From Octopus bimaculoides (lineage: Eukaryota): a DNA stretch of 42,085 nt. Below, one piece after another: positions 38,481 to 42,085 of this stretch; the first letter of the stretch is position 1, and each line of letters opens with the position of its first letter. The stretch covers positions 101,751,601-101,793,685 of the forward strand of contig NC_068985.1 in the NCBI RefSeq assembly GCF_001194135.2. The letters run 5' to 3'. Below the pieces are notes generated by a model. The model was not told where the DNA came from, did not search any database, and saw only the letters and a list, made by a program, of their open reading frames with translations. Position numbers and translations under genes: made by a program.

Positions 38481-39227
38481 GTTTGCCAACTTTGCACATG
38501 TTGCTGCATTGATAAATGAGAAATTATTATTGACATACTTGATTAAAAACCAGGAAAGTAAATCAAACACAGACTTTCAAATATTTCGGGATTGCTGAAC
38601 TAATCACACAGCAAAACTCGAAAAGATGTGACTAAAAGAGAATCAGGTAGGAAAAAAGCGTATTCCCCAAGAGAGCGTTAATTCATTGGTATTGAGCAAT
38701 GGATGCCAGTACTGTAGCTCTTACGGGATTTAGTTATAGTTATAACAGCATGAAATGAACGTAAAGTTTACACAGAAAGAAAAGACAAAGGAATGACTAC
38801 AATTAGTATATTCCACTCAATTGCTAATACAGAACTACTTTTATTCTCAGCAGAGGTGTAGAAGTAATTTGTAAGTATAAATATATTATGAAATACCATT
38901 CATACGACCTTGATTGTTATTATGACCACTCTTCTAAGTCTTGGTTTGTTGGAGCTTCTGGAAACCAACTTTTAACAAGAAGAGAGAATTTTCAAATCGT
39001 AAAACATGCCAGCAATTTTAACTTCAGTGTTTGATTTTTATTACTCTAGTAGACCGTACTTTATCCCAAACAATTTTTCAATTAACGTGTATGCAATCTT
39101 GCGATTATAAGCTATCATGCTTTCTGTTGATTCCAGATGAAGAGAAGGAGAAAGCGCGCTCTCGTATGAATATATTCTTTTTGTGTTCTCCCGGCTTGGA
39201 CTTAAATCATCTATCAATACAGAGGAG

Positions 39228-39229
<2 letters not shown>

Positions 39230-39296
<67 letters not shown>

Positions 39297-39299
39297 GCG

Positions 39300-39342
<43 letters not shown>

Positions 39343-39369
39343 ATAATAATAATAATAATAATAATAATG

Positions 39370-39409
<40 letters not shown>

Positions 39410-39415
39410 TAGTAA
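39230..39415. repeat. Compound (ACT)n-(AAT)n microsatellite
   Basis: Direct reading. Confidence 0.96.
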
Positions 39416-40146
39416 TACAGTTTAACTGATCACTTTTCTACAATATTTCACAGAGTAGGTGCTCCTTCAGAAAGATACGCTGACATTTATTTCATAGATC
39501 GTTATGATATTATAATCGATTTAATTTATGAATCGATTAACGGAAAATCAATGCACCAATATATTACGCAACACTAGTATTTCAGAAACGTTCGGTGGCA
39601 GTTTATAATGGTGAATTCACCATGCTTGTTTGAACTATTTTTATTAAAAAAATATACTCTTAAATCTTATACTAAATAACTCGGAAATCATTCTTTGCAT
39701 ATGCCAATGGAACAGAAATACGAGTGTAAATATATATTTTTTTCACTGGTCGATTTGATTAGCCATGTTTGGATTACAACAAAGTGCTTAAAAAGCGTCA
39801 TTTTCGCCCTATTAAAACGGAGGGACACACAGAGTTATTTAATGAGATACTCTTATAAGATCACCTAACGAGACAGACGCTTCTACCGCGTGAGATACAC
39901 TACAACCAGTTGTGCAGTATCTCACCCACGAGAGATCGATGCCGGATGGGTCGAAACGATCGTTGTGAGCAATAAAGTTTCTCGTACATTCCATCTCCTG
40001 TATCTGTCATTTGTTGTAGAGTCAACATACACTGAGGAATTCCTGAGGTAGATCCACTGGCAATTGTGTAAATACTGTGGATTATGTCAGATAGTCATAA
40101 GCAGTGAACGAACATCATCGGCTAACTACTAGGGGCATACCCAAGA

Positions 40147-40600
40147 TAAGAGGTGATACGAAAGTGTTCAAGGAATGATTTTAATAAAATATAACTTATT
40201 TACCTAGGTTTAACGAAACATAACTTACTTATCTAAGTTTATAACATCATCTCCTTCAAAATAGCCACCTTGCACAGCAGCACACCGGTCCCAGCCTTCC
40301 TGTCACTTTTTAAATCTGGCCTGGATGTCGCCTTCCATAAGCTTATCGAGGAGGTTCTGCGATTTGTTCTTCATCTCATCAACGGTGTTACAAAGGTGAC
40401 ATTTGAACTGCAGTTTCATTTTGGATAGAGATGGAAGTCTGCAGGTGTTACAACTGGCAAATAGAGAGGGTGCAGATGCGATACCATATTGTTTTTTGCC
40501 TATGAATATTTATGGCAGCTCTCTAAGCGCACGCAATCTAATCCTGCCATCAGTGGCGTGCTACGAAATTAGTCCGGCAACATTTTGATACTACCTCGAA
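40147..40600 (-). mobile_element. Internally deleted, non-autonomous mariner element with both TIRs and the transposase C-terminus
   Basis: TIRs agaggtgatacgaaagtgttcaaggaat (from 40149, preceded by TA) and cgaggtagtatcaaaatgttgccggact (reverse complement of 40571-40598) match at 18/28. Minus strand: KNNMVSHLHPLYLPVVTPADFHLY/KMKLQFKCHLCNTVDEMKNKSQNLLDKLMEGDIQARFKK*QEGWDRCAAVQGGYFEGD, corresponding to HPPYSPDLAPxDF.LFPKMK...W..RW..C....G.YFEGD. Confidence 0.9.
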
Positions 40601-41117
40601 TATATATATGTGTGTGAGTGAGTGAGTGAGTGAGTGAGTGAGTGAGTGAGTGAGTGTGTGTATGTGTGTGTGCGTGTGGGTGTTATTTATCGTATAGCCA
40701 ATAGTCTCATGGTAATTTTGTAACATGTTTAATAATCTTAATATGGAAATAGAATTGGCAAATAAGGAGCACGAAAGTACATACGTAAATTTCCTGAAAG
40801 TTTTCAGTCCGATGTTCGTGAGCAGAAATGTAAATAATGAATATAATGTAAATATATTGTTCGAAGAATATATANNNNNNNNNNNNNNNNNNNNNNNNNN
40901 NNNNNNNNNNNNNNNNNNNNNNNNNNNNNNNNNNNNNNNNNNNNNNNNNNNNNNNNNNNNNNNNNNNNNNNNNNNNNNNNNNNNNNNNNNNNNNNNNNNN
41001 NNNNNNNNNNNNNNNNNNNNNNNNNNNNNNNNNNNNNNNNNNNNNNNNNNNNNNNNNNNNNNNNNNNNNNNNNNNNNNNNNNNNNNNNNNNNNNNNNNNN
41101 NNNNNNNNNNNNNNNNN

Positions 41118-41151
<34 letters not shown>

Positions 41152-41878
41152 TATTCAAGTGTACTTTTCTGATTAAATCGCACCTGTTAATATATATATT
41201 CAAAGATTAAACAAATTTATAGGAGCTGGATAGAAATATAAATTATAAAGGCAATAAATATGTTATATCCGATATACAAGAAACATAAAACTTGACATTT
41301 CAGGTTTTATGTTAGAAATATAAGGTTTTGAGGTGTTAATACCAAAGATTACCTGCTCCTGTCTCCGCTATATAATGATATAAGTAATAAACTACATATT
41401 AAATCCAGCACTTCAAGACATATTTCCCGAAGTACCTCTACGTATTGGGGAACTGCAATCGGTATGATTTGCAACAAAGAAGTAAGTCGTAATTATATCG
41501 AATGCTTTACTTTATATTTTCAATTACCATTTCCAAGTGTAGAATTTGCATATGTTATCATTTTCTATATTCTTGAATGAAAGAGTGTAATTATCTTTAA
41601 TTTAGTTTCCATGAAATTCAGTTTAAGCTTGGTATCTTGATTTTCTATTGTAGAAATACATTTATCTCTATTAGAAATGTTATTTACTTCGGGATGACTG
41701 ACTGAGAATGTAGAGAATTTTTTTCGCATGTGTAGTTCAGAACATCCGTTTTAATTAATAGTTCAACAACAGTATAGTTTTACGTCTTCCTGCATCTTAG
41801 AATATATATCTGCACACATATATGTGACGAAGTTTGAATGAATATGTATACGCGAATAAATGCATATATATATATATA

Positions 41879-42025
41879 CCCCTCTCGTTCTTCTTCTGTT
41901 ACTACTACGTTCCCCTTTTTCCCCCTCGTGCTTCCTCTCTTTCTCTTTTCCTCTCGTTGCTCACCTATTCTTCTACTTCCTCCCTTTGTTTCTCCCTCTA
42001 CCACTCTCTCTCTCTCTCTTCCCCT
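41879..42025. repeat. Low-complexity polypyrimidine tract
   Basis: Direct reading; it accounts for the two small ORFs at the window end. Confidence 0.85.
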
Positions 42026-42085
42026 TACACCGGCATGGTCACATGCTTCCGGTCAATAATCCTTTTCTTCCTTGGCTATCGCCGA

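Overview
Eukaryotic, AT-rich, repeat-dense DNA with no intact protein-coding gene, rRNA, tRNA gene or CRISPR array that I can support. The SINE families recalled here point to an octopod cephalopod (Octopus-like) intron or intergenic region; this is recall, not a database result. About 4.4 kb is N, in 11 assembly gaps, nearly all bordered by microsatellites. Almost every long ORF in the supplied track is an artefact of N runs or simple repeats. Real content: (1) about ten tRNA-derived SINE copies of several families, some with target-site duplications; (2) three, possibly four, copies of different ages of an R4/Dong-type restriction-like-endonuclease retrotransposon, the three clear ones beside (TAA)n-type microsatellites; (3) two mariner relics, an N-terminal transposase fragment and an internally deleted ~450 bp element with both TIRs; (4) many compound and palindromic microsatellites; (5) an inverted duplication at 25.5-26.1 kb and a 53-bp direct repeat 4.3 kb apart; (6) weaker candidates: a chain of minus-strand non-coding exons, two identical CTCF-like 13-mers, and a degenerate hammerhead-like motif. 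Nothing here is a demonstrably new system. The best leads are the microsatellite-associated retrotransposon series, the modular SINEs and the fold-back duplication.
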